Positions 1 to 8,629 of a stretch of DNA of 64,000 bases are shown here, one piece after another. The notes under the pieces are model-generated. The model did no database searches. It saw only the letters and a program-made list of their open reading frames with translations, and was not told the DNA's origin. Origin of the DNA: an uncultured virus (IMG/VR IMGVR_UViG_3300032322_001263) (taxonomy: Duplodnaviria > Heunggongvirae > Uroviricota > Caudoviricetes). Within the stretch, counting starts at the first letter, position 1; every line of letters begins with the position of its first letter. A program made the translations under genes and the position numbers. The DNA lies in the IMG/VR virus record IMGVR_UViG_3300032322_001263. One strand, given 5' to 3'.

Positions 1-63
1 TCCCAGAGATTGTCCAGAGCTATGGCCCAGGTACTTCCCTTTACATACAAACGGAGATCATCA

Positions 64-381
64 ATGCCTAAGAGTGTTTTCAATTATGAGATCGAATCTA
101 CTCTCGCTCGGGGGGAAGGCGAATGGATTGTTACGTTTGCACCTTACTGGGATTCAGAGTTAAAGGTAAAGATGCCAGAATCACAGCAAACTGGGCGTGG
201 AATCATTGATCTCATGGATCACATTGTTTACGCCTATCAAAACAACATAGACATTGAGATTAGTTTTGACTTTGATCCCACGCCACAGTTTTTGTATGAC
301 AACACTGGAGGCGAGCCTGCATTTTCTGCTGACGAAAGATGGCAGCGCGACTTTGAAGAAAAGCGGAGGCTTACTGCATAA
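64..381 (+). CDS. hypothetical early protein
   Basis: ORF; ATG at 64 preferred over upstream TTG; no recognisable motif. Confidence 0.6.
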   Translation: MPKSVFNYEIESTLARGEGEWIVTFAPYWDSELKVKMPESQQTGRGIIDLMDHIVYAYQNNIDIEISFDFDPTPQFLYDNTGGEPAFSADERWQRDFEEKRRLTA

Positions 382-401
382 TGGCTATCTAGTATAAAGC
401 T

Positions 402-590
402 ATGGCATTAAACAAAAAAGAAAAACTTGCACTTCTCGCCGCTATTTCTTTTATGCACAACTTTGGGAAATACTACGTTCCCATGGTTGAAAACGGTACA
501 CAGGAAGAAAACGAAAAAGCCTGGAAGGAGGCCAGGGTTGTTTACAAGGATCTTCACGCACGAATCAAGAAAGCGCTGGAGACTGATTGA
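402..590 (+). CDS. hypothetical early protein
   Basis: 62-aa ORF, co-oriented with neighbours. Confidence 0.6.
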   Translation: MALNKKEKLALLAAISFMHNFGKYYVPMVENGTQEENEKAWKEARVVYKDLHARIKKALETD

Positions 591-747
591 CCGGGGCGAT
601 TTATTCGTGAGCGGCCTCTCTGTGCCGCTCCACGCCCCTTCTTTCCTGTCGCCGATGGATTCTCCCTGCTCCATGGATACGCCGCTCCCAGGGCTTCCTG
701 GCGGGCAGTCCGTACTTACTTAATTGCCCTTAAGTTAACTGTTTCAA

Positions 748-1035
748 ATGAGTTCAAAAAGTTATTCGCTACGAGTTGCGGATATTATGGCAGCAGGGTA
801 TTTGCAAAACAGCAAGTATCACGCAAGTAAATGGGTTGTGACGAAAGGCGGTTTTATAGCTTGTTCAATGTGCTGCTATTCTTTCAGGGAAAGGTTTGCG
901 TTGCTAGGTGCATGGACTATTGTTGATGGAGGAACAAACAATGATGTTAAAAACGCTTTCTGCAGTGTTTGCAAGTGCGAGATTCCTCCAGCTAAACCAG
1001 TTAAAATCTTTGCAGCCGAAAAGTCTTTGACTTGA
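748..1035 (+). CDS. hypothetical protein with two CxxC motifs (possible Zn-binding)
   Basis: CSMC and CSVC motifs; stop TGA lies inside the TTGACA of the downstream promoter repeat. Confidence 0.6.
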   Translation: MSSKSYSLRVADIMAAGYLQNSKYHASKWVVTKGGFIACSMCCYSFRERFALLGAWTIVDGGTNNDVKNAFCSVCKCEIPPAKPVKIFAAEKSLT

Positions 1036-1098
1036 CATAGCATTGAATAGGTGCTATAATGTTGTCATGCGGGAGAGAGAGTAATCACTCTCTCGCAG
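1032..1098 (+). promoter_or_regulatory. early promoter/stem-loop repeat copy R1
   Basis: TTGACA 1032-1037, 17-bp spacer, TATAAT 1055-1060, then ATGC and hairpin GAGAGAGT-AATC-ACTCTCTC. Confidence 0.9.
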
Positions 1099-1138
1099 TT
1101 CTTTTACCACAAACACAAATTAAAAACGGAGTTACTTA

Positions 1139-1288
1139 ATGACCATTGATTGGGACGAAATGGCTATGGAAGCACACTTGTTTCCGTGGCTTGATTCGGA
1201 TTGCATGGCAGATCCGACAGAAGAAGAGTTTCCGTTTAATGTTTACGAAGATGAATGCGATGGTAGTGATGAAGAAAACCAGATATGA
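1139..1288 (+). CDS. small, very acidic protein (49 aa; not in ORF track)
   Basis: Manual translation MTIDWDEMAMEAHLFPWLDSDCMADPTEEEFPFNVYEDECDGSDEENQI; first ATG after the R1 leader; overlaps next start. Confidence 0.6.
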   Translation: MTIDWDEMAMEAHLFPWLDSDCMADPTEEEFPFNVYEDECDGSDEENQI

Positions 1289-1562
1289 TTACGGATACGG
1301 TTACAACGTATCTATTAACTTTCATCAAGCCTTAGTTGATTCAGGTGCAATTTATGCTGACTCTATCACAGTTGAAGGCATGATCCTGAGGCTTAAGTAC
1401 GTTCAAGAGGTATGGATCAATCACATGTGTATTGTCGTATTGGATTTAGAGACAAATTCACCCATTGTTGCTAAGCGAAGAACAGAGAAGTTTCTTGAGA
1501 AACTAGACAGACTTCTTACTCGCTATGGCAAGTGTCACAAAAAACCGCTTACCACAACATGA
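1269..1562 (+). CDS. hypothetical early protein
   Basis: 3' part of track ORF 1146-1562; ATG 1269 preferred. Confidence 0.55.
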   Translation: MKKTRYDYGYGYNVSINFHQALVDSGAIYADSITVEGMILRLKYVQEVWINHMCIVVLDLETNSPIVAKRRTEKFLEKLDRLLTRYGKCHKKPLTTT

Positions 1563-1753
1563 AAGTTAAAGTTCGCCATGAGTTTACTGGTTCCATGAGG
1601 TTTAGGCTTACATTTACTTTACCTCGCATCGGTCACTGTGTTGAATACATCAGGGCAGAGACTTGGACAAGGACTCAATCAGTGGAAGCTCTTGACATGC
1701 TGCAATACGTTTACGGCATATCAAGGCAAAATGTTCGTTTCATTCATCACTAA
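1559..1753 (+). CDS. hypothetical early protein
   Basis: ATGA overlap with previous stop. Confidence 0.55.
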   Translation: MKVKVRHEFTGSMRFRLTFTLPRIGHCVEYIRAETWTRTQSVEALDMLQYVYGISRQNVRFIHH

Positions 1754-1757
1754 CACC

Positions 1758-2414
1758 ATGAAAATTTACAAGTTACAGATTAAAGAGCACGAAGAGTATG
1801 GAGGACTGGGCGTAATAGTAGATACTGGAAGACCTTACTTTGAGCCATTTAATGGATTGGTTGCAGCGCATGATATTATTGAGCACACGGTAAAACCTCA
1901 TCCTTGTTCCGTGACCGATGAGCTATTAGCTTTGGGAGGGATTATGGCTGGAAGGGTTGAGCATGGTTGGGCTCATTGTGGAGCCTATCATGGAACTAGG
2001 TGGAGAAGGATAAGCAGCGATGATGTTGCAAGTGAAGTGTCAACACTTGCGGTGAATTGTTTTCATGGTCAAGGATATTTCTGCGAAAAAGAAGCTAGCA
2101 GTCATCTAAAAGATAAAGAGATTGAGCAGGAAATCAGAATAGCTGTTGCCTCTGGAATTAGAGAGGCAGAATCAGAAGTCGAAGCGGATCTCGATTATGA
2201 CGTAAATTCCGCTACTGCTTGGATCTGCAAAGGTTACCAGGCTTACAAAAGACGTTTCAGGGGTTTAGATGGTCACTCAATCGCAAATCATCTTTTTGAT
2301 GAGATTGCAGGTTGCTGCAATAAGTTAATCGTAGATGGAGACGAGGGCCGTACTGCATTTTTACATGTAGAGTTTAACAGTTACAGATGCTTCCTGCGTG
2401 ATGACTTTTTCTAA
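1758..2414 (+). CDS. hypothetical early protein
   Basis: ORF with ATG 1758; contains an HDIIEH segment that may bind metal. Confidence 0.65.
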   Translation: MKIYKLQIKEHEEYGGLGVIVDTGRPYFEPFNGLVAAHDIIEHTVKPHPCSVTDELLALGGIMAGRVEHGWAHCGAYHGTRWRRISSDDVASEVSTLAVNCFHGQGYFCEKEASSHLKDKEIEQEIRIAVASGIREAESEVEADLDYDVNSATAWICKGYQAYKRRFRGLDGHSIANHLFDEIAGCCNKLIVDGDEGRTAFLHVEFNSYRCFLRDDFF

Positions 2415-2454
2415 AGTCATTGCGTTTGTTACACCCAAAAAACTGGAAAAACTG

Positions 2455-2655
2455 ATGATTTTTACAACAGCGCAACAGGTTAAAGATTACATTGCAACTC
2501 TTGATCCAAAAGAGTGCAGACTTCAGCCGCATTACAGTTCAAGTTATCTTTGGATTGTCTATCATCCAAAGTCTTTTGGTCGGCTAGGCTATGGGTTTAC
2601 TTCTGACACTTCACTTCTTACTTGGGCAAACTCTGCATTTTCAGGAGAAAATTAA
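2455..2655 (+). CDS. hypothetical early protein
   Basis: ORF; TAATG overlap with next gene. Confidence 0.55.
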   Translation: MIFTTAQQVKDYIATLDPKECRLQPHYSSSYLWIVYHPKSFGRLGYGFTSDTSLLTWANSAFSGEN

Positions 2656-2945
2656 TGACACTTCATCTTAAATTTGTTACAATCGAAGAGGAGTCGTACC
2701 TGTGGGCCTGTCGAGATTCAGGTGAAACACTTCACAAGCATGGCTGTTATGAATTAGGCTGGGAGCCTTGGAGTTGCTTGCCAAATGGCGAGGAAACTTA
2801 TGCGGTTTACTTTAGATTTGGCAGCCACGCTGCTAAATCAATTCAGGCAGTTACGGTTTCTGAATTTTATCAGTTGCCGATTCCAGAGGTTCCGAAAGCA
2901 ATTATTAAGCATCCAGTGCCTATGGGCTTAATTCATCGTCGCTGA
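2655..2945 (+). CDS. hypothetical early protein
   Basis: ORF ending just before repeat R2. Confidence 0.55.
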   Translation: MTLHLKFVTIEEESYLWACRDSGETLHKHGCYELGWEPWSCLPNGEETYAVYFRFGSHAAKSIQAVTVSEFYQLPIPEVPKAIIKHPVPMGLIHRR

Positions 2946-2950
2946 TTAAC

Positions 2951-2997
2951 TTGACATACCACTAAAATTGGACAGCCCGCCGGGAGTTCATCCCGGC
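2951..2997 (+). promoter_or_regulatory. truncated promoter repeat copy R2
   Basis: TTGACA-TACCACTAAAA matches the repeat; -10 is absent and a different hairpin GCCGGGA-GTTCA-TCCCGGC follows. Confidence 0.6.
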
Positions 2998-3022
2998 AAC
3001 CCATCCCACACCAGCGTTTCTC

Positions 3023-3217
3023 ATGTTCACAATTCTCCTCAAAACAGAATACGGTTGGACCGATTTCCTGGGCCATGGAGACAATGAATGGCCAACTGAA
3101 GAAGCCGCTTGGGCTGCTGTCCGAAACCTTGAAGAAGTTTTCTTTAGCGCCGATTCTGACTACAAATGGCACGTCATTCCCACCGATGATCTTAGTCGCT
3201 ACGACTTGATTGCTTGA
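3023..3217 (+). CDS. small acidic hypothetical protein
   Basis: 64-aa ORF after R2. Confidence 0.6.
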   Translation: MFTILLKTEYGWTDFLGHGDNEWPTEEAAWAAVRNLEEVFFSADSDYKWHVIPTDDLSRYDLIA

Positions 3218-3247
3218 CTCCCAACTTACTCACTTGCAAACTTTCCA

Positions 3248-3655
3248 ATGGACAAACAGATTAAACAGCTTTGGGTTGAGGCTCTCCGTTCTGGAGATTA
3301 CGAACAAGGGCAGAATTGGCTTAGGTTTGATGAAAAGTTTTGCTGTTTAGGAGTTTTGTGTGATCTTTACTTAAGTGATTGCAGTATGGAATGGAAGTTA
3401 AGCGACGACGACGACGATAGCGACGACGACGACGAACAAAGACGAGTTAATCCAGGTGAATACTCTGTTGATAACAATACGGAGATACTGCCTAAGTCTG
3501 TTGCTAAATGGGCTGGCATAGATCCCTGCGGAGACGCTTATGGCGATGGATTGATTAGTGTGATGGATAACAGTCACAAGACCGCACTGACACACTTAAA
3601 CGATGGCGGACTTTCCTTTGCGGAGATTGCGTCTATCATTGAAGAATGCCTTTAA
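3248..3655 (+). CDS. conserved phage hypothetical protein (WxxALRSGxYxQG...FCCLGVLCDLY family), paralog 1
   Basis: N-terminal motif shared with next ORF; poly-Asp tract. Confidence 0.75.
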   Translation: MDKQIKQLWVEALRSGDYEQGQNWLRFDEKFCCLGVLCDLYLSDCSMEWKLSDDDDDSDDDDEQRRVNPGEYSVDNNTEILPKSVAKWAGIDPCGDAYGDGLISVMDNSHKTALTHLNDGGLSFAEIASIIEECL

Positions 3656-3692
3656 TTTAATCCAAAAACAATCAAACTTTCAAACTTTCACA

Positions 3693-4220
3693 ATGAACAA
3701 GCAAATTAAGCAACAGTGGATCAAGGCTCTTCGATCTGAGGAGTACAAGCAAGGGCAAGAGTGTTTGCACAATCCCAGCGATAACACTTTCTGTTGCTTG
3801 GGAGTTTTGTGTGATCTTTACCTTAAGGATCATCCAGACATTACTTGGGAAGAATCGCTGGAATGCAACGGATTAAATGATAAATTAAATGGCGGTTATA
3901 TAATTAAGGAAGTTTATGGCGGCGGAAGGCTGATCAATGGTTACATGGGATACTTACCGAGCGAGGTTGTTAAGTGGGCGGAAATTAAAGAGCCTGTGGA
4001 AGTGTTTGGAGATGTAATAGTCAAAAGATACAATGGTGAACATGTTTCACTGACGGAGCTGAATGATATTGGTGTACCATTTACACTTATCTCCGAATAC
4101 ATTGAGCACAACATGATTTATCAAGAAGATGAAGACGAAGACTTGCAAGAAGATTCCTTTGAAGATAACGATGAACAGTCGCTTGAATACTTTAATCGCT
4201 ACATTGCTGGTGATCGCTGA
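3693..4220 (+). CDS. conserved phage hypothetical protein, paralog 2
   Basis: Same N-terminal motif and LNDxG motif as 3248-3655; acidic C-tail. Confidence 0.75.
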   Translation: MNKQIKQQWIKALRSEEYKQGQECLHNPSDNTFCCLGVLCDLYLKDHPDITWEESLECNGLNDKLNGGYIIKEVYGGGRLINGYMGYLPSEVVKWAEIKEPVEVFGDVIVKRYNGEHVSLTELNDIGVPFTLISEYIEHNMIYQEDEDEDLQEDSFEDNDEQSLEYFNRYIAGDR

Positions 4221-4229
4221 TTCTTTCAC

Positions 4230-4303
4230 TTGACATAGCACTAAATAAGTGCTATAATACTGTCATGCGGCGAGAGGTGTAACTACTTTTCGTCGCAGAC
4301 TTT
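4230..4303 (+). promoter_or_regulatory. early promoter/stem-loop repeat copy R3
   Basis: TTGACA 4230-4235, TATAAT 4253-4258, palindrome TAGCACT-N5-AGTGCTA, hairpin GCGGCGAGAGGT...ACTTTTCGTCGC. Confidence 0.9.
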
Positions 4304-4334
4304 GTTCCCAACTTTCTTTCACAACTTTCACAAA

Positions 4335-4880
4335 ATGGAAACTTACTCTGGCATTGACTACGGACTTGGCAAGACAAACATTAACACTGATACCGGAATT
4401 CGGTACGGTGTTATTCATAGCAACAGACTTGGCGAGTTTGCTTGGAGTGAAATTCAAGCAAATGGCGTAGATGTAGACTACGAAAATGCAAGGGAGGAAC
4501 TTCTTTCTTCCTTGGCTCATGCTGTTAAGTCAGTGCTAGAAGATTACTCCACGAATTTTGATGCGAAGGAGATAGCCAAAGAGATTGTTGATAACTTAGA
4601 CACTGACCATCAAGATACTGGTGATTGCACAAGATACCATTACGAAGAGGGGGGAGAGATGGGAGTAACATTCGATGTTCATTCAGATGGAGACATTTTT
4701 GTTACCGACTCAAAGTTCTATACACTTTGCGCATACTGTAGCCCTTGTGCTCCTGGCGCTGGCTACCTACTTACTCCTGGCAGTATCAAGACTTACTGCT
4801 TGGGGCCAGACTGGTTTGATAAAGGTGCCATGCCTTACAAGTGCTTCAGAGTTTCCGATGATTCAGAGGTAACAGAATGA
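4335..4880 (+). CDS. acidic hypothetical protein with CxxCSPCxP motif
   Basis: ATG 4335 after CA-rich leader. Confidence 0.7.
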   Translation: METYSGIDYGLGKTNINTDTGIRYGVIHSNRLGEFAWSEIQANGVDVDYENAREELLSSLAHAVKSVLEDYSTNFDAKEIAKEIVDNLDTDHQDTGDCTRYHYEEGGEMGVTFDVHSDGDIFVTDSKFYTLCAYCSPCAPGAGYLLTPGSIKTYCLGPDWFDKGAMPYKCFRVSDDSEVTE

Positions 4881-5257
4881 AAGCGCAAGATATTTCAGAC
4901 TGTATGGATTGCAGTTTGTTTGAGGCCAACCTTGCTTTGCTAATTATGCAAGGTAGGGTTGACCCACTTTCTCATCCACGCCGATTCCCAATAACCTGCG
5001 AGTGGGTTAAGGCTTGCTATAATTCTCCACATAAATTTGAGGTTAAACTTTCTGCATTGGATGAGTTACTCCGTACTTACGGAGTGGAGCATATCAACGA
5101 TAAAAACACATACGTTGATAGCTTTTACGGAAACATTGTTGCAACCTATCTGAATACTGGTTGCACATATGCAACGACAATTCTCCTCGATCACGTTCAC
5201 AGTCGCTGGAGATTAACAAGCTGGGGAGACTTTTACGAGTCTCGCGTCAGCTTCTAA
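4877..5257 (+). CDS. hypothetical early protein (YLNTGxTYxTTI motif)
   Basis: ORF overlapping previous stop. Confidence 0.7.
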   Translation: MKAQDISDCMDCSLFEANLALLIMQGRVDPLSHPRRFPITCEWVKACYNSPHKFEVKLSALDELLRTYGVEHINDKNTYVDSFYGNIVATYLNTGCTYATTILLDHVHSRWRLTSWGDFYESRVSF

Positions 5258-5300
5258 ACCATCAATTTACCCAAACTCACTCAAACTCACTCAAATCATC

Positions 5301-5651
5301 ATGGCTTACGACTGGAATCCACCTGTTATGTCACTGCTAAGCCATCTTCAAAAAGATGGACTTAGACTACATGCGGTAAACGATGGTTGCGAATGGTTTC
5401 ATGTTGACAACAGACTGTCAATACTTAGGCAGAGATTGTTTGTTGCTGAAGTAATTACTTCAGTTGACGAGTCTCATGTTGTCGTTAGCGACGGTAGTGT
5501 TACGGCTACCCTATTCGTTGTTCTTGGCAATGAACCGGAAGAGTTAGTTGCTGACATAGGGTCAGAATCTGATTCCTTAATGGATAGGGTTGATGACGTT
5601 GTTTCACTTTTTTCCGATTATTGGGAAGGTAAGCCCTGCCCTACTGTTTAG
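5301..5651 (+). CDS. acidic hypothetical early protein
   Basis: 116-aa ORF. Confidence 0.7.
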   Translation: MAYDWNPPVMSLLSHLQKDGLRLHAVNDGCEWFHVDNRLSILRQRLFVAEVITSVDESHVVVSDGSVTATLFVVLGNEPEELVADIGSESDSLMDRVDDVVSLFSDYWEGKPCPTV

Positions 5652-5690
5652 TTTCAATCACTAGCTTCAACCACAAACCGGAGATTTACC

Positions 5691-6260
5691 ATGCCTACAA
5701 CAAAAACAGTCACTTACACGCTTTACAAGTTTGATGAGCTTTCAGAAAAAGCGCAAGAAAAAGCACTTAACGATCACTGGGATCTTAACGTCGATCACGA
5801 TTGGTGGGAGTGTACCTACGAAGATGCGGAGCTGGTTGGTCTGGAGATTACAGAGTTTGATTTTGGTCGTCGCAACTTAATCAAAGGTGAGCTAAAAGAG
5901 TATCTACTTGATTCCTGCAAAGCGATTAGGAGTAACCATGGCAAGCATTGCGATACTTTCAAGACGGCCAAACAGTACCTGGCGGAATACATACAGGAGT
6001 TCAAGGACTGGAAGAAAAGGGAATTAGCCAATTCCGAGGATGACTGTGGTTGCGATCACTGGAAGCCGAAAGATTGGCTGGCAGAGTTTAAGTATACCGA
6101 AGAAGCTCAGGAGGTAGAGTTAAATTACAAACGTGCTTTGCTTGAGGATTATCTTTCAATTCTTAGCAGGGAGTACGACTATCAAACTTCCCGCGAACAG
6201 GTCATTGAGTCCATTCGCGCCAATGATTACGACTTCAACGAAGACGGCCTACTGTTCTGA
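5691..6260 (+). CDS. protein resembling the family often annotated 'antitoxin of toxin-antitoxin stability system'
   Basis: N-terminal YKFDELSEKAQEKA and C-terminal EYDYQTS...IRANDYDFNEDG motifs; recalled similarity only. Confidence 0.5.
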   Translation: MPTTKTVTYTLYKFDELSEKAQEKALNDHWDLNVDHDWWECTYEDAELVGLEITEFDFGRRNLIKGELKEYLLDSCKAIRSNHGKHCDTFKTAKQYLAEYIQEFKDWKKRELANSEDDCGCDHWKPKDWLAEFKYTEEAQEVELNYKRALLEDYLSILSREYDYQTSREQVIESIRANDYDFNEDGLLF

Positions 6261-6298
6261 TCAGTTCACTTCAATTCATTTCACCACAGAGATTCACA

Positions 6299-6820
6299 AT
6301 GAGCACTTATCAGCCTAGTTTTCACTGTATCGCCAATCTTGGTGATGCCGATCCAGTTGAACATGGTGGCAAGTTTCTTTGCATTGATCGAAGAGGTATT
6401 TATGATCCATGTTTGATAGTTGTTGAGATTGAAAATAGGGACGGCAAGGACAAATGGGTTCGGCATGATATTGGACTTGAGCGATGCCACAGAATCTTTT
6501 CCCACGAATCCGAGATATTTGCGGTTGGCGATAGTGTTTACCATCCACGCCTACCGGCATGGTTTGGAGATGGCAAATCCCTTGATTCAGTTGCTAACTA
6601 TTTTGGCATGAAAAGAGAAGAGCTTATCGACAAGCTTTGCTCTAACAATCCAATCGAAAGGGCATCTGGGTATATTGCTGTTGCTGGCAGTTACGGAGAG
6701 GATAACTTTGATCAATATCCAATGACATACGAAAGCAAGCGCCAGGTAAGTATTTTCTGCAACAGAATGCTTAAACAGGTCGCCAATTCAAGTAAGTGGT
6801 GGGATGGCTTGCATAAATAG
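6299..6820 (+). CDS. hypothetical early protein
   Basis: 173-aa ORF. Confidence 0.7.
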   Translation: MSTYQPSFHCIANLGDADPVEHGGKFLCIDRRGIYDPCLIVVEIENRDGKDKWVRHDIGLERCHRIFSHESEIFAVGDSVYHPRLPAWFGDGKSLDSVANYFGMKREELIDKLCSNNPIERASGYIAVAGSYGEDNFDQYPMTYESKRQVSIFCNRMLKQVANSSKWWDGLHK

Positions 6821-6835
6821 CATCCATTCTTTCAC

Positions 6836-6910
6836 TTGACGTACCACTGAATATGTGGTATAATTAACTCATGCGGGGGAAGGACTAGCAACTTTCTCTC
6901 GCAGACTTTC
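6836..6910 (+). promoter_or_regulatory. early promoter/stem-loop repeat copy R4
   Basis: TTGACG 6836-6841, TATAAT 6859-6864, palindrome TACCAC-N7-GTGGTA, hairpin GCGGGGGAAG...CTTTCTCTCGC. Confidence 0.9.
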
Positions 6911-6936
6911 TTTACTCACAAACAAACATTCCTGTC

Positions 6937-7419
6937 ATGTTTACTTCGGATTCACTTTTCGCCAAAGAAGTTGCAACACGCAACTTAGTCAACAAGACTG
7001 CCAATGAAATTCAGGCAGAGATTCAACAGTTACTGTTGCCGCTGGTTGGCACAAAGATTGTCAATGTGACTCCATACAGGAGCGCAACCAAGAAACTCAA
7101 AGAGCTTCTTCTTCCTCTCCAAGATAAATTGCAAGAAAACAAGTTCAGATTCGTTATCGACTGGAGTTACGAACGCACAGTGTATGCTACTTTGGATAAG
7201 ACTTACCAATCAGGTGAGTACAGTTGCAGCTACGTCAAAAGAGAATTTTATGTCTGCTCAATCGTAGATGGCGTTCTCTTGTCTGGAGAGTGGCGAGAAT
7301 CGGAGCCTGGTCGTACAGATTACACTGTAGAAGAGATCACCAAGACAAGAGAAGAGATTAAGTGCCTAGAGGCCAAGGTTAGTGCTCTCAAGTCTCAGAT
7401 TCGGGAATTTACCCGATAG
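6937..7419 (+). CDS. hypothetical early protein with C-terminal coiled coil
   Basis: 160-aa ORF after R4. Confidence 0.7.
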   Translation: MFTSDSLFAKEVATRNLVNKTANEIQAEIQQLLLPLVGTKIVNVTPYRSATKKLKELLLPLQDKLQENKFRFVIDWSYERTVYATLDKTYQSGEYSCSYVKREFYVCSIVDGVLLSGEWRESEPGRTDYTVEEITKTREEIKCLEAKVSALKSQIREFTR

Positions 7420-7448
7420 TTCACGGTTTACAGTTTTATTTACAACAA

Positions 7449-7709
7449 ATGACCCTTAACGACCAAGTTATTGAAATTGTTCGCGGCTCTGTCGCTTACA
7501 AACACGCTATAAAGTCAAGGGATCACGAAAACTTTGTTGACACTGACACTCAACAATGGGATTCCTTGACTGGAAACATCTACGCTTTACTTAGGCGCAA
7601 CGGTAAGAAGATGGTTACTCAGTCAGAGTTGCTTTCTATGGCAAAGTCTGCTGCTAAGCAACTTCTTATTCAGGAAAACAAGTACAAAGGAGGTCGTTCT
7701 TTCACTTGA
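7449..7709 (+). CDS. hypothetical early protein
   Basis: Stop codon inside the TTGACA of R5. Confidence 0.65.
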   Translation: MTLNDQVIEIVRGSVAYKHAIKSRDHENFVDTDTQQWDSLTGNIYALLRRNGKKMVTQSELLSMAKSAAKQLLIQENKYKGGRSFT

Positions 7710-7782
7710 CACACCACTAAAAATGGTGTATAATGTATGTATGCAGCGGGAGGTGTAACAACTTTACTTCGCAGACTTTGTT
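7706..7782 (+). promoter_or_regulatory. early promoter/stem-loop repeat copy R5
   Basis: TTGACA 7706-7711, TATAAT 7729-7734, palindrome ACACCA-N7-TGGTGT. Confidence 0.9.
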
Positions 7783-7816
7783 TCACATTTAATCTTTCAC
7801 CCCACAGTTTTACAAA

Positions 7817-8152
7817 ATGGAAACTTCTACTCCTTCACTGGGCCGCGCTTACATGGCGGTAGATGACGCTATTGAAAAGTTTGACTTTGATAAAGTTGCC
7901 AAAGTCATGGAGGTACTTGACTGGAAATGGATGATTCATTCCAGCAATGAGTTTCGTCGTCCAACGATTGACGAAATGAAAATACAGATTCACGTTCTCT
8001 TTAACAGTTCCATTTCCTGGATGGATCGCATTGATAAAGCCGTAAGTGGCAGCGGTGGCTTTAATGCCATATGCGAAAAGTGTAAAGACTCTTCTTTCGG
8101 TTACAAGCTAACTATTGAGTTTACCGCAGTTAGCTGCGCGGTTTACGTTTAA
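7817..8152 (+). CDS. conserved phage hypothetical protein (FDFDKVxxVMxxLDWKW...SGGF)
   Basis: 111-aa ORF after R5. Confidence 0.7.
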   Translation: METSTPSLGRAYMAVDDAIEKFDFDKVAKVMEVLDWKWMIHSSNEFRRPTIDEMKIQIHVLFNSSISWMDRIDKAVSGSGGFNAICEKCKDSSFGYKLTIEFTAVSCAVYV

Positions 8153-8176
8153 TTATCAACCACAAACTTTTCTGAC

Positions 8177-8383
8177 ATGGCAATTCTTTCTTCAACAACT
8201 ATCAGACTTGCTCTGATTGACTACAGGGCACAGCTTATCAGCCTTCAGTCAAAGTTTCCCGACGTTTACGCGAAAGGTACGTATCACCAAAGCATCTACG
8301 ACATAGATGCAGCCCTGATGGAGATTGAGGGCAACTGCACTCAAGTTTCCGTCACTCAGCACACTTGCAATCCCAACAAATGA
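8177..8383 (+). CDS. hypothetical early protein
   Basis: 68-aa ORF with CA-rich leader. Confidence 0.6.
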   Translation: MAILSSTTIRLALIDYRAQLISLQSKFPDVYAKGTYHQSIYDIDAALMEIEGNCTQVSVTQHTCNPNK

Positions 8384-8592
8384 CCGCAACACTTACAAAA
8401 ATTTCCCACGACGACATTGTTAAACTCTACGACGTAGAACGCTACGGCGTAGTTAGCCGAGGCAATGCAATTTTTGTTCAGCATTGCGTAGATAGAGCCA
8501 CCGTTGACGCACTTGAAGTTAATGAGTGGGCGTGGATTGATTTTCGCTCTGGCATGGGCAAGTCAACTCTCAGGGTTACAAGGATTCGCTGA
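8380..8592 (+). CDS. hypothetical early protein
   Basis: ATGA overlap with previous stop. Confidence 0.6.
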   Translation: MTATLTKISHDDIVKLYDVERYGVVSRGNAIFVQHCVDRATVDALEVNEWAWIDFRSGMGKSTLRVTRIR

Positions 8593-8629
8593 AGCACTTA
8601 CAGAACAAACGAAAACCTTCACCAAGACC

